A stretch of DNA of 64,000 nucleotides from an uncultured Actinomycetes bacterium (GCA_963822825.1 CAWGIW010000004.1:73872-137871); one strand, 5' to 3'. Positions 36,894-47,281 are shown, counted from the stretch's first letter. The notes: generated by a model not told the origin, from the letters alone. Numbers and translations are program-made.

Positions 36894-38063
36894 ATGACCA
36901 CGGTCATCCGGCTGCCTGGCCGGCCGGAACCGCTGCAGATCTCGCCGTCGCCCTGGGCCGGGAGCCATCCGGTGCCGGTCTCGCGGCGCGCCTATGCCGC
37001 CGCGCACGTGGCTGCGTTCCCGGACGGCACCATCGACTGGGAGTCCACGATGGTGTTCCGGGATCATTTGTGGGCGCACGGCTTCGCGGTCGCCGACGCC
37101 ATGGACACCGCGCAGCGGGGCATGGGCCTGTCCTGGGAGCAGGCCAAGGAGCTCATCAGCCGCTCAGCCGATCGCGCCGCGGCCCGGCGCGCGGCCGGGC
37201 GGCCGGCCGGGCTGGCGTGCGGAGCGGGCACCGATCAGCTGGCGGCCGGCGGCCCGTACCGGCTCGGCGAGATCGTCACGGCCTACGAGGAGCAGCTTGA
37301 CCTGCTCCAGTCCGCGGGCGTGCAGGTGATCCTCATGGCCAGCCGCGCGATGCGGGCCAGCGCCCGATCCGCCGACGACTACCTGAACGTCTACGGATAC
37401 CTGCTGCGGCAGGCCGACCAGCCGGTCATCCTGCACTGGCTGGGTGAGGCCTTCGACCCCCAGCTACGCGGCTACTGGGGGGCCGCGGACTTCGAGACGG
37501 CCGCCGACACGGTGATCGAGCTGGTGCAGCGGGCCGAGGGCAAGGTTGACGGCATCAAGCTCTCGGTGCTCGATCACGGTCGCGAGATCGCGCTGCGGCG
37601 GCGGCTGCCGTCCGGGGTGCGCCTGTACACCGGCGACGATTTCAACTACGCCGAGCTCATCAAAGGCGCCCCTGACGGCCACAGCGACGCCCTGCTCGGC
37701 GCGTTCGCCGCGATCACCGCGCCGGCGGCCGAGGCGCTCCAGGCCCTGGACGCGGGCGATGTCGCCCGTTACGACGCGGCCATCGGCCCGACCGTGCCGC
37801 TGAGCCGGGCTGTCTTCGAGGAGCCGACCTTCAACTACAAGGCGGGCATCGCGTTCCTGGCCTGGCTCAACGGCCTGCAGCCGCATTTCGCGATGCTGGA
37901 CCATTTCCAGGACCGGCGGCCTGCCGCGCACCTGATCCGGGTCTTCGAGCTGGCCGCCGCGGCCGGCGCGCTGCTCACGCCCGATCTCGCGGTCGAGCGC
38001 ATGAACCGGTACCTGGACGAGGGCATTACCGGCGTGGGGAGCGCGGGCAGGAACCCTCGGTGA
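36894..38063 (+). CDS. DUF993 family protein (dihydrodipicolinate synthase-like TIM barrel)
   Basis: MTTVIRLPGRPEPLQISP...RRAYAAAHVAAFPDGTIDWESTMVFRDHLWAHGFAVADAMDTAQRGMGL. It sits in the conserved Gfo-DUF993-isomerase arrangement. Confidence 0.7.
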   Translation: MTTVIRLPGRPEPLQISPSPWAGSHPVPVSRRAYAAAHVAAFPDGTIDWESTMVFRDHLWAHGFAVADAMDTAQRGMGLSWEQAKELISRSADRAAARRAAGRPAGLACGAGTDQLAAGGPYRLGEIVTAYEEQLDLLQSAGVQVILMASRAMRASARSADDYLNVYGYLLRQADQPVILHWLGEAFDPQLRGYWGAADFETAADTVIELVQRAEGKVDGIKLSVLDHGREIALRRRLPSGVRLYTGDDFNYAELIKGAPDGHSDALLGAFAAITAPAAEALQALDAGDVARYDAAIGPTVPLSRAVFEEPTFNYKAGIAFLAWLNGLQPHFAMLDHFQDRRPAAHLIRVFELAAAAGALLTPDLAVERMNRYLDEGITGVGSAGRNPR

Positions 38064-38884
38064 TACCGGCCAGCCGGCTGTCCCTGAACCAGGCCACCGT
38101 CAAGTCCCTCACCCTGCCGCAGACCCTCGACCTGTGCGTGCGGCACGAGATCCCCGCCGTCGGGCTGTGGCGTGACCGGGTGGCCGAGCTGGGGCTGGCC
38201 GAGTCTGCCGCCGCCGTCCGCCGGTCCGGGCGGCACGTGTCCAGCCTGTGCCGGGGCGGGTTCTTCACGCACCCGGACGCCGGGGCCCGCGGCGCCGCCC
38301 TGGCCGACAACACGGCCGCCATCGAGGAGGCGGCCGCCCTGGAGGCCGACGCGCTCGTCCTGGTCGCCGGGGGCCTGGTGCCCGGGAGCCGTGACCTGGG
38401 CCTAGCCCGCCGGATGATCACTGACACGATCGCCGAGCTTGTCCCCCGCGCCCAGGAACTTGGCGTGCGGCTGGGCATCGAGTCGCTGCACCCGATGTTC
38501 TGCGCCGACCGCTGCGTCCTGGTCTGCCTCGGCGACGCCGTGGACATGGCGCTGCTGTTTCCCGCCGACGCGGTCGGCGTGGTCGTGGACACTTACAACG
38601 TCTGGTGGGATTCCCGGCTCACCGCCGACATCGCCCGGGCCCACGGGCGCATCGTGAGCTACCAGCTAGGCGACTGGATCAGCCCGCTCCCCGCGGACGC
38701 CCTGCTCGGCCGGGGCCACCTCGGCGACGGCTGCATCGACTTCGGGCCGATCTCGCGGCAGGTGCTGGCGGCCGGCTACGCCGGCTACACCGAGGTGGAG
38801 ATCTTCAACCAGGGCGTCTGGGATGCCCCGGCCGACGAGACCGCCGCCACCGTGAAGGCCCGCTTCGCCGCGCTGCTCGGCTGA
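38060..38884 (+). CDS. sugar phosphate isomerase/epimerase (xylose isomerase-like TIM barrel)
   Basis: LSLNQATVKSLTLPQTLDLCVRHEIPAVGLWRDRV...LGIESLHP...YTEVEIFN. A GTGA start/stop overlap links it to DUF993. Confidence 0.8.
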   Translation: MIPASRLSLNQATVKSLTLPQTLDLCVRHEIPAVGLWRDRVAELGLAESAAAVRRSGRHVSSLCRGGFFTHPDAGARGAALADNTAAIEEAAALEADALVLVAGGLVPGSRDLGLARRMITDTIAELVPRAQELGVRLGIESLHPMFCADRCVLVCLGDAVDMALLFPADAVGVVVDTYNVWWDSRLTADIARAHGRIVSYQLGDWISPLPADALLGRGHLGDGCIDFGPISRQVLAAGYAGYTEVEIFNQGVWDAPADETAATVKARFAALLG

Positions 38885-38942
38885 GCGTCGCCCGGCTGTG
38901 GATATCCATCAGTTCACCGCTCTTCGTTTCGGCCGGTGCGCG

Positions 38943-39864
38943 TCATCGGCCGGTGCGCGCCCGTTGCCGGACGGCGGGGGCGTCGCCTGGCAGCAGACCG
39001 CGGGCGCCATGGCGGGTCACGCTGACCGCGGCAGCGGCGGTAGCCAGCCGGACCGCCTCGCGGACCGGCAGGGCCTCGACCAGGCCGACGGCCAGCACAC
39101 CTGCGAACACGTCTCCCGCGCCGGTTGTGTTCAACCGTCTGCACGGCCGGGGCCTCGTGGAACCACCCGCCCTCCCCGGCGGCGACCGTGCCCTGCTCGC
39201 CGAGCGTGATGATCCCCCAGGAGGGGCCGAGCCGCCGCATCGCGTCAGCCGCCTGGGCGGCGTCGTCGATGCCGTCGACCGGGCGGCCGAGCAGGGCCGC
39301 CGCCTCCGTCTCGTTGGCCAGCAGGTAACCGACCCGGCGCAAGACATCAGGGGGCAGATCCCGGTACGGCGCGATGTTGAGGATCGTCTCGACGTGGGCC
39401 CGGCGGGCGACCGCGACGGCGCGCTCGACCGCACCGTCGGGGACCTCGAGTTGCAGCAGCAGGATCCGGGCCTGTTCGATCAGCGGCGCGGCCTGCTCGA
39501 CGCTGACCGCGTCGAGCAGGCCGTTCGCCCCAGGCACCACGGCGATGGAGTTGCGTCCCGCGCCATCCACCATGACGACGGCGGTTCCGGTAGGGGCCCG
39601 CGGGTCCTTCCGGACGAAGCTGACGTCCACGCCGGCCGCGACGAGCGCGGACACCTGCTCGGGACCGGCCGTGTCGGTGCCGACCCGGCCCACCAGCGCC
39701 ACGGAACCACCGATGGCCGCGGCGGCGACCGCCTGGTTGGCCCCCTTGCCCCCGTGGAGGACCTCCAGATGGCGGGCTCTGACCGTCTCACCGGGGACCG
39801 GGAGATGCTCGAGTCCGAGCACGAGGTCGCGGTTGATACTGCCGAGGACAACGACCCTGTTCAC
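38943..39864 (-). pseudogene. ribokinase/PfkB-family sugar kinase with a 1-bp insertion near 39130
   Basis: VVVLGSINRDLV...GGKGANQAVAAA...NETEA lies in one frame and TTGAGDVFAGVLAVGL...AAAAVSVTRHGA in another. Removing one A from gtt-gaa-cac-aac restores VDTTGAGD. The start is probably the GTG at 39864. Confidence 0.8.
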
Positions 39865-39913
39865 CTGCTGAAGATAGCCGAAGCAGTGCAGGGTAGGTCT
39901 CGAAGGAGTAGCC

Positions 39914-40567
39914 ATGACCACATCGCCTGACCGGGCGGGACGCCTGACCGAGTCACGCAGGCACCGTCAGTTCGCCGCACGCTACGACCGGTGTGGCGCG
40001 CCTGCTGAACGCGTCTGGGTCGCGGACCTCCGGGAGCGCCTGCTGAGCGGTGTTCAGGGAGACGTCCTGGAAATCGGCGCCGGCACGGGAGCGAACCTGC
40101 GGTTCTACCGAGCCGCCGACTGCGTGACCGCCACCGAGCCGTCGGCCTCGATGCGGGCGAAGCTCACCGCCAAGCTCGGCCAGGCTCAGGTGCCGGTCGA
40201 GGTCCTGGACGCGACGGCCGAAGCCCTCCCCTTCCCGGACGCGAGCTTCGACGCGGTCGTATCCTCCCTCGTACTGTGCACGGTTCCCGATCAGCCGCGA
40301 GCACTCGGCGAGGTCCGCCGGGTGCTCAAACCCACCGGCCGCCTGGTGTTTTTCGAGCATGTCCGGGCCCGCAGGCCAGCTTCTCTCGCCCAGGACATGA
40401 TCACCCCGCTGACCCGCGTGCTCGCCGCCGGATGCCACCCGAACCGCGACACCGCCGCGGCCATGGTGGCGGCCGGGTTCACCATCGAGACGCTCGGAAC
40501 CCTCAAGCCGATGCCGCACATGCCGCTGGTTGCCCCTTTCATCCACGGGATCGCCCGCCCCGCCTGA
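39914..40567 (+). CDS. class I SAM-dependent methyltransferase
   Basis: Motif I VLEIGAGTGANL and post-I FDAVVSSLVLC. 217 aa. Confidence 0.8.
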   Translation: MTTSPDRAGRLTESRRHRQFAARYDRCGAPAERVWVADLRERLLSGVQGDVLEIGAGTGANLRFYRAADCVTATEPSASMRAKLTAKLGQAQVPVEVLDATAEALPFPDASFDAVVSSLVLCTVPDQPRALGEVRRVLKPTGRLVFFEHVRARRPASLAQDMITPLTRVLAAGCHPNRDTAAAMVAAGFTIETLGTLKPMPHMPLVAPFIHGIARPA

Positions 40568-40648
40568 GCCAGAACGCTGAACGGCCCCACCCAGATGCCC
40601 ATGCCCGTCCGCGAACGCAGGACCACCCGCAGCCCAGGAAGGCAGAAG

Positions 40649-41267
40649 ATGCTCACCGAGAACGAAGCAGCCCAGCTCAGGATCCGCCGGGTCATCGAGA
40701 ACTGGGCATTGTTCCGCGACGCCGGGAACTGGGACGCCTTCGCCACGGTCTGGCACGACGACGGCTGGATGACGGCCACCTGGTTCCAGGGACCGGCCAC
40801 GGAGTTCATCAGGGTCAGCCGCCAGGCGTTCGACGCGGGCGTAAACATCCTCCACTTCCTCGGCGGCTTCAGCTGCGAGGTCCGCGGCGAGCGGGCCATC
40901 GCCCAGACCAAGATGACCATCCAGCAACGAGCCCCCGTCCACGGGATCCTCGTCGATGCGACGTGCACCGGCCGCTTCTACGACTTCCTGGAGAAGCGCG
41001 ACGAGGTGTGGGCGATCGCGCGGCGCCAGCCGATCTACGAGAAGGACCGGCTCGACCCGGTGGACCCGGCCGCGAAGCTCACCCTCGACCAGCAGGTCCT
41101 GGCGGCGCTTTCCTGAGGGCTACCGGCACCTGGCGTATCTGCAGTCCCAGGCCGGGTACACAGTCAAGCTCGGCCTGCCGGGGCTGCGCGGCCCGGAGGT
41201 TGAACTGCTCTACCGTGAGGGCCGCGACTGGCTGACCGGTTCGCCCACCCCCGGGGCGCCCCTGTGA
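40649..41267 (+). pseudogene. SnoaL-like / NTF2-family protein with an apparent frameshift near 41106-41111
   Basis: MLTENEAAQLRIRRVIENWALFRDAGNWDAFATVWHDDG... ends at 41116. The continuation PEGYRHLAYLQSQAGYTVKLGLPGLRGPEVELLYREGRDWLTG lies in the adjacent frame. Confidence 0.6.
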
Positions 41268-41322
41268 CGGGGCGACGACCTCCGGCTACTGAAAGGCTGC
41301 CCCGTCAAGACCCCGAGGGTGA

Positions 41323-41961
41323 CTACAGGTCGATCACAGCGCCCGGCGCCACCCGGGTGAGCGCACCGCCGCCCGGACCCGTCGCCAGCGGCAGCCAGTT
41401 GCCCAGCACGCCGATCCCCCGGTCGTTGAGCAACCCGTCGTGGATCGCGTACCCACGGCGGGGGTCAACCGCGCGCGCGTAGTCGATCATCTCCGACAGC
41501 TTCAGCCAGGGCGCGTTGACCGGCAGCAGCAGGGTCGCCACCGGGTCCTCGGGGATGGTCAGCGCGTCGCCGGGATGAAAAACCTCGCCGTCGATCATGA
41601 ACCCGGTATTCGGCACCAGCGGGATATCCCGGTGCAGCACCGCGTGTTCCTGGCCGTAGACCGCGACATCAAAGCCTTCGGCACTAAACGTGTCGCCATG
41701 GCTGATCGCGTGAACGCGTCCGCCGAATTCCGCGAACTGGCCGGCCACCGAGACGTTCGCCCAGACCCCCAGCCCGGGGTCGGCGCTCAGCGCCGCCCGC
41801 AGGACGTCAGCGTTCAGGTGGTCAAAATGCTCGTGCGTGATCAGCACCGCGCCCGCGCCGTCCAGAGCCTCCGGGCCGGTCCACACGCCCGGGTCGATGA
41901 CCAGGACAGCGCCATCCTTCTCCAGCCTCACGCAGGCATGCTCAAGCTTGGTTAGCCGCAT
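41323..41961 (-). CDS. MBL-fold metallo-hydrolase
   Basis: MRLTKLEHACVRLEKDGAVLVIDPG...VLITHEHFDHL (HxHxDH motif). Confidence 0.8.
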   Translation of the reverse strand: MRLTKLEHACVRLEKDGAVLVIDPGVWTGPEALDGAGAVLITHEHFDHLNADVLRAALSADPGLGVWANVSVAGQFAEFGGRVHAISHGDTFSAEGFDVAVYGQEHAVLHRDIPLVPNTGFMIDGEVFHPGDALTIPEDPVATLLLPVNAPWLKLSEMIDYARAVDPRRGYAIHDGLLNDRGIGVLGNWLPLATGPGGGALTRVAPGAVIDL

Positions 41962-42093
41962 GACATCTCCCTCGACACTCGAATTTTAATGCGAACCAGA
42001 TGGCCCAGAACTGCTATGTTTTAAAGTTGTAACTTTGCCGGTCTTTGCCCAGGCCCGGCCCAGAATCAGCCCGATCAGAGGACCTAGACGCTC

Positions 42094-42327
42094 GTGTCGG
42101 TATATGTGCTAGCCGCCCACGCGGCGGGTAGGACTCACGTGTCAAGTTACGCGGCGGCTTTCCCCTACCTCGTGACGCTGGTGATCGGCGTGATCCTCGG
42201 CCGGCTGTGGGGCAGGCGGGCGGGCCTGAGGCATCTGGGCGAGTACGAGTTCCGTAACCGCTGGCGCGGCGCCCGGTCGGTCCGCCGATACTTACTGCGT
42301 CCGGGCGGCTATCCCACGAACGTCTGA
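42094..42327 (+). CDS. possible small membrane protein (weak call)
   Basis: 77-aa ORF with one hydrophobic helix (FPYLVTLVIGVILGRLW), lying in an otherwise AT-richer intergenic region. I recognise no homology. Confidence 0.25.
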   Translation: MSVYVLAAHAAGRTHVSSYAAAFPYLVTLVIGVILGRLWGRRAGLRHLGEYEFRNRWRGARSVRRYLLRPGGYPTNV

Positions 42328-42336
42328 ACGGAGTCT

Positions 42337-43749
42337 GTGATGCCAGCCGGCAATGGCCTGCCCTCGGTCGAGCACGTAGTGGTCCTCATGCTGGAAAACC
42401 GTTCGTTCGATCACATGCTCGGGTTCCTCTACACCGATAACGGGAACGTCTCGCCTTCGGGGCAGCCGTGCGAGGGCCTGAGCGGAACCGAATCCAACCC
42501 GGCCAGCGCCGGGTCGCCGGTCAGCGTGTTCCGGATCGAGCCGGGCACGGCTAACGCGTACTTCATGCCCGGGGCCGACCCAGGTGAGGGGTACATGGCC
42601 ACCAACGCCCAGCTGTTCGGCGGGGCTGAAACCGCGACGCCACCGGCGGGCGCACCCACGAACGACGGCTTTGTCACGGATTTCGCGTACACCCTGAGCT
42701 GGCAGGCGAGGGAGGGCCGGCCGATCCTGCCCGGCACCGCCGCCAGCGACATCATGGGCTGCTTCGCCCCAGACACGCTCCCGGTGCTGTCCGCCCTGGC
42801 CAAGGGGTACGCGGTGTGCGATCACTGGTTCTCGTCGGTGCCCACCGAGACGCTGCCGAACCGGGCGTTCGCCTGCGCGGGGACGAGCCAGGGGCACATG
42901 GACGACAAGACGCACACGTTCACCTCGCCGTCCATCTTCGGCCTGCTGAACTCGAACAACCTGGGCTGGGCGATCTACGGGTACGACGCCCAGCCGCTCA
43001 CCAAGTCTGATTTCACCGATATCAGCCAGGCGGCGGCCAGCCACTTCGGCTTGTTCAAAGACTTCAAAGCGGCCGCGGCCGCGGGCACGCTGCCGGCCTA
43101 CACGTTCCTGGAGCCGAGCTGGGGCTCCGCCGGGAACAGCCAGCATCCCAACTACGACGTGGCGCTCGGCGAGCAACTCATTCACGACGTGTACGAGGCG
43201 GTGCGGGGCGGCCCCGGCTGGCCGCAGACCCTGCTGATCATCACCTACGACGAGCATGGCGGCTGCTACGACCACGTGCCTCCGCCGTCCGGCGCCACCC
43301 CGCCGGACCAGGACGCAGGCGAGTTCGGCTTTGATTTCACCCGGTTCGGTGTCCGGGTGCCTACGGTGCTGGTGTCACCGCTGATCGGCCCGGGGACGGT
43401 GTTCCGGGTCCCGGCGGACAGCGTGCCGCTGGATCACACCTCAATCCTCAAGACGGTGGAGCAGCGCTGGGGGCTGCCGCCCCTCACCGCCCGGGATGCG
43501 GCCGCACCCGGCGTGGGCAATGTGCTGACGCTCGCGACGCCTCGCACCGACGACGTGCTCGCCGGGGTTACCGTGCCCGTTTCCTCGGGGCCGGGCCCCG
43601 CTGCCGGAGAACCCTCGCACCTCCAGCAGATCGAGGCCGAGCTGATCTCGCGCCAGTTCCCGGCGGGCCAGTACCCGCCACCGGACGCGGCCGTAACTGC
43701 CCACCTGACCGCGGCCGACTACGAGCGCTACATCAGCGCCCACTCCTAG
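42337..43749 (+). CDS. phosphoesterase family protein (non-hemolytic phospholipase C / AcpA-type), no obvious signal peptide
   Basis: VEHVVVLMLENRSFDHMLGFLY, TLPNRAFACAGTS, ITYDEHGGCYDHVPPP, FGVRVPTVLVSP. The likely ATG is at 40 (42340), preceded by ACGGAG. Confidence 0.85.
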   Translation: MMPAGNGLPSVEHVVVLMLENRSFDHMLGFLYTDNGNVSPSGQPCEGLSGTESNPASAGSPVSVFRIEPGTANAYFMPGADPGEGYMATNAQLFGGAETATPPAGAPTNDGFVTDFAYTLSWQAREGRPILPGTAASDIMGCFAPDTLPVLSALAKGYAVCDHWFSSVPTETLPNRAFACAGTSQGHMDDKTHTFTSPSIFGLLNSNNLGWAIYGYDAQPLTKSDFTDISQAAASHFGLFKDFKAAAAAGTLPAYTFLEPSWGSAGNSQHPNYDVALGEQLIHDVYEAVRGGPGWPQTLLIITYDEHGGCYDHVPPPSGATPPDQDAGEFGFDFTRFGVRVPTVLVSPLIGPGTVFRVPADSVPLDHTSILKTVEQRWGLPPLTARDAAAPGVGNVLTLATPRTDDVLAGVTVPVSSGPGPAAGEPSHLQQIEAELISRQFPAGQYPPPDAAVTAHLTAADYERYISAHS

Positions 43750-44019
43750 GGTGAGGTCACGCCGCCGTTGTCGAACGCCTTGAGGTACTCCACGGCGACC
43801 GACTTACGCTGCTCGTCGATCATGGTCTCGCGGGCAAGCGCCATGACTGGCCTCCATCCTGAAGTCTTCCTCGACCATTGGACCCATTAGGCGCACATTA
43901 ATTCATATCGCGAACGTCATGCTCTCCCTGGGCGGCCAGGGTGTCAAGAGCCGCGAAAAGCACCTGCGGTGGTCCGGGCGGGCGGCTGGCGGACGCGCCC
44001 GAGGTGGTCAGATGGGCGG

Positions 44020-44856
44020 CTAGCGGACTCCGCCCGAACCGGTGGCCAGGCGAGCGGCGAGCTCGGAATCGATGTGCCGAGCCGCGGCGAGCAGGCGGGG
44101 CAGGAACTGCTTCTCCAGCGTCCGCATGGGCACCCGCGCCGCATGCGCGCTGGCGTTGATGGCCGCGACGACCTTGCCGGAACTGTCCCGGATCGGCACC
44201 GCGATGGACCGTACGCCCGCCTCAAGCTCCTGGTCCACCGCGGCCCAGCCTTGGCCGCGGACGGTGGCGAGCACCTCCCGCAGCCGGTCAGGGTCAACGA
44301 TCGTGTGCTCGGTGAGCTTGCGGAGGGTGGCGTGGCGCAGCAGGGTCTCGCGCTCGGCATCTGGGAGGAAGGCCAGCAGGACACGGCCCATGGACGTCGG
44401 GTACGGCGGCAGACGGGTGCCTACGGTGAGCGAGATCGTCATGATCCGGTTGGCTGACGCGCGGGCCACGTAGACGATGTCGTTTCCGTCGAGGACGCTC
44501 ACCGAGCATGACTCGTGCAGTTCCTCGGCGAGATCCTCCAGGTGGGGCTGGGCGATCTGGGCCACGCTGAACGACGAGAGGTAGGCGTAGCCCAGCGCGA
44601 GCACCCGCGGTCGGAGTGAGAACTGCCGCCCCGAACTGCCTACGTAACCCAGTTCCTGCAGGGTCAGCAGGAACCTCCGGGCCGCCGCGCGGGTCAGCCC
44701 GGTGAGCTCGGCGACCTCCGACAGCGTCAGCGACGGCCGCTCCGACGAGAAGCAGCGGATGACGGCCAGCCCCCGGTCCAGGGACTGGACGAAATCGGTC
44801 CGGCGCGGCCCGGTCGCTGCGGCCGGATCGGCGGCCGCGGCGCTCGATGTGTTCAC
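44020..44856 (-). CDS. IclR-family transcriptional regulator (PcaR/PobR-like)
   Basis: DFVQSLDRGLAVIRCFSSERPSLTLSEVAELTGLTRAAARRFLLTLQELGYV and a C-terminal effector domain. 278 aa. Confidence 0.85.
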   Translation of the reverse strand: MNTSSAAAADPAAATGPRRTDFVQSLDRGLAVIRCFSSERPSLTLSEVAELTGLTRAAARRFLLTLQELGYVGSSGRQFSLRPRVLALGYAYLSSFSVAQIAQPHLEDLAEELHESCSVSVLDGNDIVYVARASANRIMTISLTVGTRLPPYPTSMGRVLLAFLPDAERETLLRHATLRKLTEHTIVDPDRLREVLATVRGQGWAAVDQELEAGVRSIAVPIRDSSGKVVAAINASAHAARVPMRTLEKQFLPRLLAAARHIDSELAARLATGSGGVR

Positions 44857-44950
44857 ATAGCGAACGATAGCGCGTTTTGACCAGCTACCGCCAGACTGAC
44901 CAGCCCGGGCATCCCGCTGCGGGCGGTCACCGTGACGGATCCGTGAGCTA

Positions 44951-45029
44951 TCGCCGCCGACCCAGGCGCGCGTCCCGCCGACCCAGCGCGCGTCCCGCCG
45001 ACCCAGGCGCGCGTCCCGCCGACTCAGCC
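44951..45029. repeat. 21-22-bp tandem repeat x3.5 (CGCGTCCCGCCGACCCAGGCG) abutting the 3' end of the oxidoreductase gene
   Basis: tcgccgccgacccaggcg / cgcgtcccgccgacccagcg / cgcgtcccgccgacccaggcg / cgcgtcccgccgactcagccg. The last copy contains the stop codon (tca at 45024-45026). Confidence 0.85.
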
Positions 45030-46031
45030 GCCGGCGCCGCGTAGCGGCAGGCCCGCAGCGCGGTAGACATCGTCGATGACGGTCATCGTGGCGACCGCGT
45101 CTTCCGGCGTGGTGATCACCGGCTCACCGCGCAGGACCGCCGCGGCGAAGGCGCGCAACTGGTAGGTGTAGGTCGCTCCGCCCCGGACGTGCTCGCGGCG
45201 GGTGTACCCATCCGCGCTCACCGTCAGCCGGTTGAAACGCTGTGGCGCGAGGAAATTCAGGACCCGCAGCACGCCACGGTCGCCAACCGCCTCGACCCCG
45301 ATCCGCAGCACCTGGCTAGACCAGAGCGAGGCGTTCATCCGGGCTGCCGCTCCAGAGGGGAACCTGAATGATGCGGTCATCGCCCGGTCCACGTCCGGGC
45401 CGTGCCGCTTGGCCCTGGCCTCCACCACCCGCGGCTCACCGGGCCCGAGCAGCCGCAGGCAGTTGATGGCATAGCAGCCGGCGTCCATGGTCGCCCCGCC
45501 CGCCAGGTCGTAGGAATACCGGATGTCGGAGAAGCGGGGCAGCGGGAAACAGACCGACGCCTCCAGATACCGTAGCGGGCCCAGTTCCCCGTCGGTGGCG
45601 CCGTCGGGGCCGGCCACCACCTCGCGCATCCTTCTGGCCAGCGGGTGATAGCGGTAGTGGAAGGCCTCCATGACGACCAGCCCGGAAGCCTTGGCGGCCG
45701 CCGCGACCTGCGCCGCCTCCGCCGCATTCGAGGTGAAAGGCTTCTCGCACAGCACGTGCTTGCCCGCCTCGATCGCCCGCAGCGTCCACGGCGCATGCAG
45801 CGAATTCGGCAGCGGATTGTAGATCGCGTCGATGGCGGGATCGGCGATCAGCGCCGCATAGGAGCCGTGCACCACGGGGATCCCGTGCTTGGCCGCGAAG
45901 TGCCGGGCACGGCCGGGGTCGCGGGCGGCGACGGCGGTGATCACCACCTCGGGGACCAGGCGGGCTGGCTTGATCAGGGCAGCAGGAGTGATTCGCGCGG
46001 CACCGAGTGTGCCGATCCGCAGCCGGTCCAA
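45024..46031 (-). CDS. Gfo/Idh/MocA family oxidoreductase
   Basis: LRIGTLGAARITPAALIKPA...GKHVLCEKPF... The start is uncertain (TTG at 46031 suggested). The upstream part of the 388-aa ORF looks non-coding. Confidence 0.75.
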   Translation of the reverse strand: MDRLRIGTLGAARITPAALIKPARLVPEVVITAVAARDPGRARHFAAKHGIPVVHGSYAALIADPAIDAIYNPLPNSLHAPWTLRAIEAGKHVLCEKPFTSNAAEAAQVAAAAKASGLVVMEAFHYRYHPLARRMREVVAGPDGATDGELGPLRYLEASVCFPLPRFSDIRYSYDLAGGATMDAGCYAINCLRLLGPGEPRVVEARAKRHGPDVDRAMTASFRFPSGAAARMNASLWSSQVLRIGVEAVGDRGVLRVLNFLAPQRFNRLTVSADGYTRREHVRGGATYTYQLRAFAAAVLRGEPVITTPEDAVATMTVIDDVYRAAGLPLRGAGG

Positions 46032-46199
46032 CGACCACAACCCCAATCCACTGCCTCGCCTCGTCAACGCGACCACCTTAACGACCAAAAACGCTTCCGG
46101 GGTCGTCGCCGCCACCCCGGAACGCATCAGAGGTCGCTGGCGGCGAACTGGCCTCAGGCCGGGCGCGCGGGCGGCGGCCAGCTCGGGCACGCCCTTGGT

Positions 46200-47281
46200 T
46201 CAGGCGGCCGAGCTACGGTAGCGGGCCACCTCGTGCAGCGCGATGCCGGCCGCGACGCCGGCGTTGAGTGACTCGGTCGCCGCCGTGACCGGGATCTGGG
46301 CCAGCAGGTCACAGCGCTGGGCGACGAGCCGGGACAGGCCGCGTCCCTCAGAGCCGACGACCAGCACCAGCGGGCCGTCCGCGATGTCGAGATCGCTGAT
46401 CGGAGTGGGCCCCGCCGCGTCGAGTCCCACCACGAACAGGCCGGCCTCCTGGTAGGAGGTAATGGCCCGGGCCAGGTTGGGGGCCTGGGCCACCGGCACC
46501 CGGGCCAGCGCACCCGCGGACGCCTTCCATGAGCCGGCGCTCACCCGCGCCGAGCGACGGGCCGGGATGAGCACGCCGTGCCCGCCGAAGGCCGCCGCCG
46601 AGCGCACGATGGCGCCCAGGTTACGGGGATCGGTGATCCCGTCGAGAGCCACGATCAGCGGTGCCTGCCCGGCGGCGCGAGCCCGGGCGATCAGGTCGTC
46701 GGCGTGCGCGTAGTCATAGGGCCGGATCCGCAGGGCCAGGCCCTGATGGACGGCTCCCCCGGTCAGCCGGTCCAGTTCCGTCCGCCCCGCCTCGATCATG
46801 GGGATGCCCGCGTCGGCGGCCAGCCGGATCACCTCGCGGACCCGCTCGTCGGAGTCCAGCCGCGGCCCCGCGTACAAGGCGGTGGCCGGCACCCGGGCGC
46901 GTAGCGATTCCAGCACGGAGTTGCGGCCCGCGACCACCTCGGGCGCATCACCAGCACCACGAGGGCGGCCGCCCGGCGCGCGGTCCCCGAAGGTCCGGGG
47001 CGGCGGAGGCCCCCCAGAGACCTTTCCGGCCCAACGATTCCCAGCCCCCCCGGCCGCCCCCCGCCCTGACCATCGTCGCGCGACTCGCCACGGGCCCGGT
47101 CACGGGATGCCGCGGCCGCCGCGCGGCGCTGCGCCGGGTGCCCAGGCCGGTCGCGGGCGGGTGGCGTCGGTCCCTTGCCTTCCAAGCGCCGCTGGCTGTA
47201 CCCGCCGGTGCCCGGGCGGGGCTTCCCGGACTTGGTCCGGCCACCCCGGCCCGCCGCCCCAGTGGGTCCGCCGCGACTCAC
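46200..47281 (-). pseudogene. 23S rRNA (guanosine-2'-O)-methyltransferase RlmB (SpoU/TrmH family) with frameshift(s) in C/G runs around 46940-47100
   Basis: The catalytic part is intact (VVAGRNSVLESL...LDGITDPRNLGAIVRSA...VVGSEGRGLSR...ESLNAGVAAGIALHE). The N-terminal segment GGYSQRRLEGKGPTPPARDRPGHP is in another frame. The GTG at 47281 overlaps the cysS stop (GTGA). Confidence 0.75.

Noticed and set aside
43746-43844. A 32-codon minus-strand ORF (MALARETMIDEQRKSVAVEYLKAFDNGGVTSP) with a GGAGG-like RBS, resembling the N-terminus of a SnoaL/ester-cyclase-like protein.
   Set aside because: It is too short to be functional as that fold. It is most likely a truncated remnant or a chance ORF, and its stop shares a CTAG with the convergent phosphoesterase stop.
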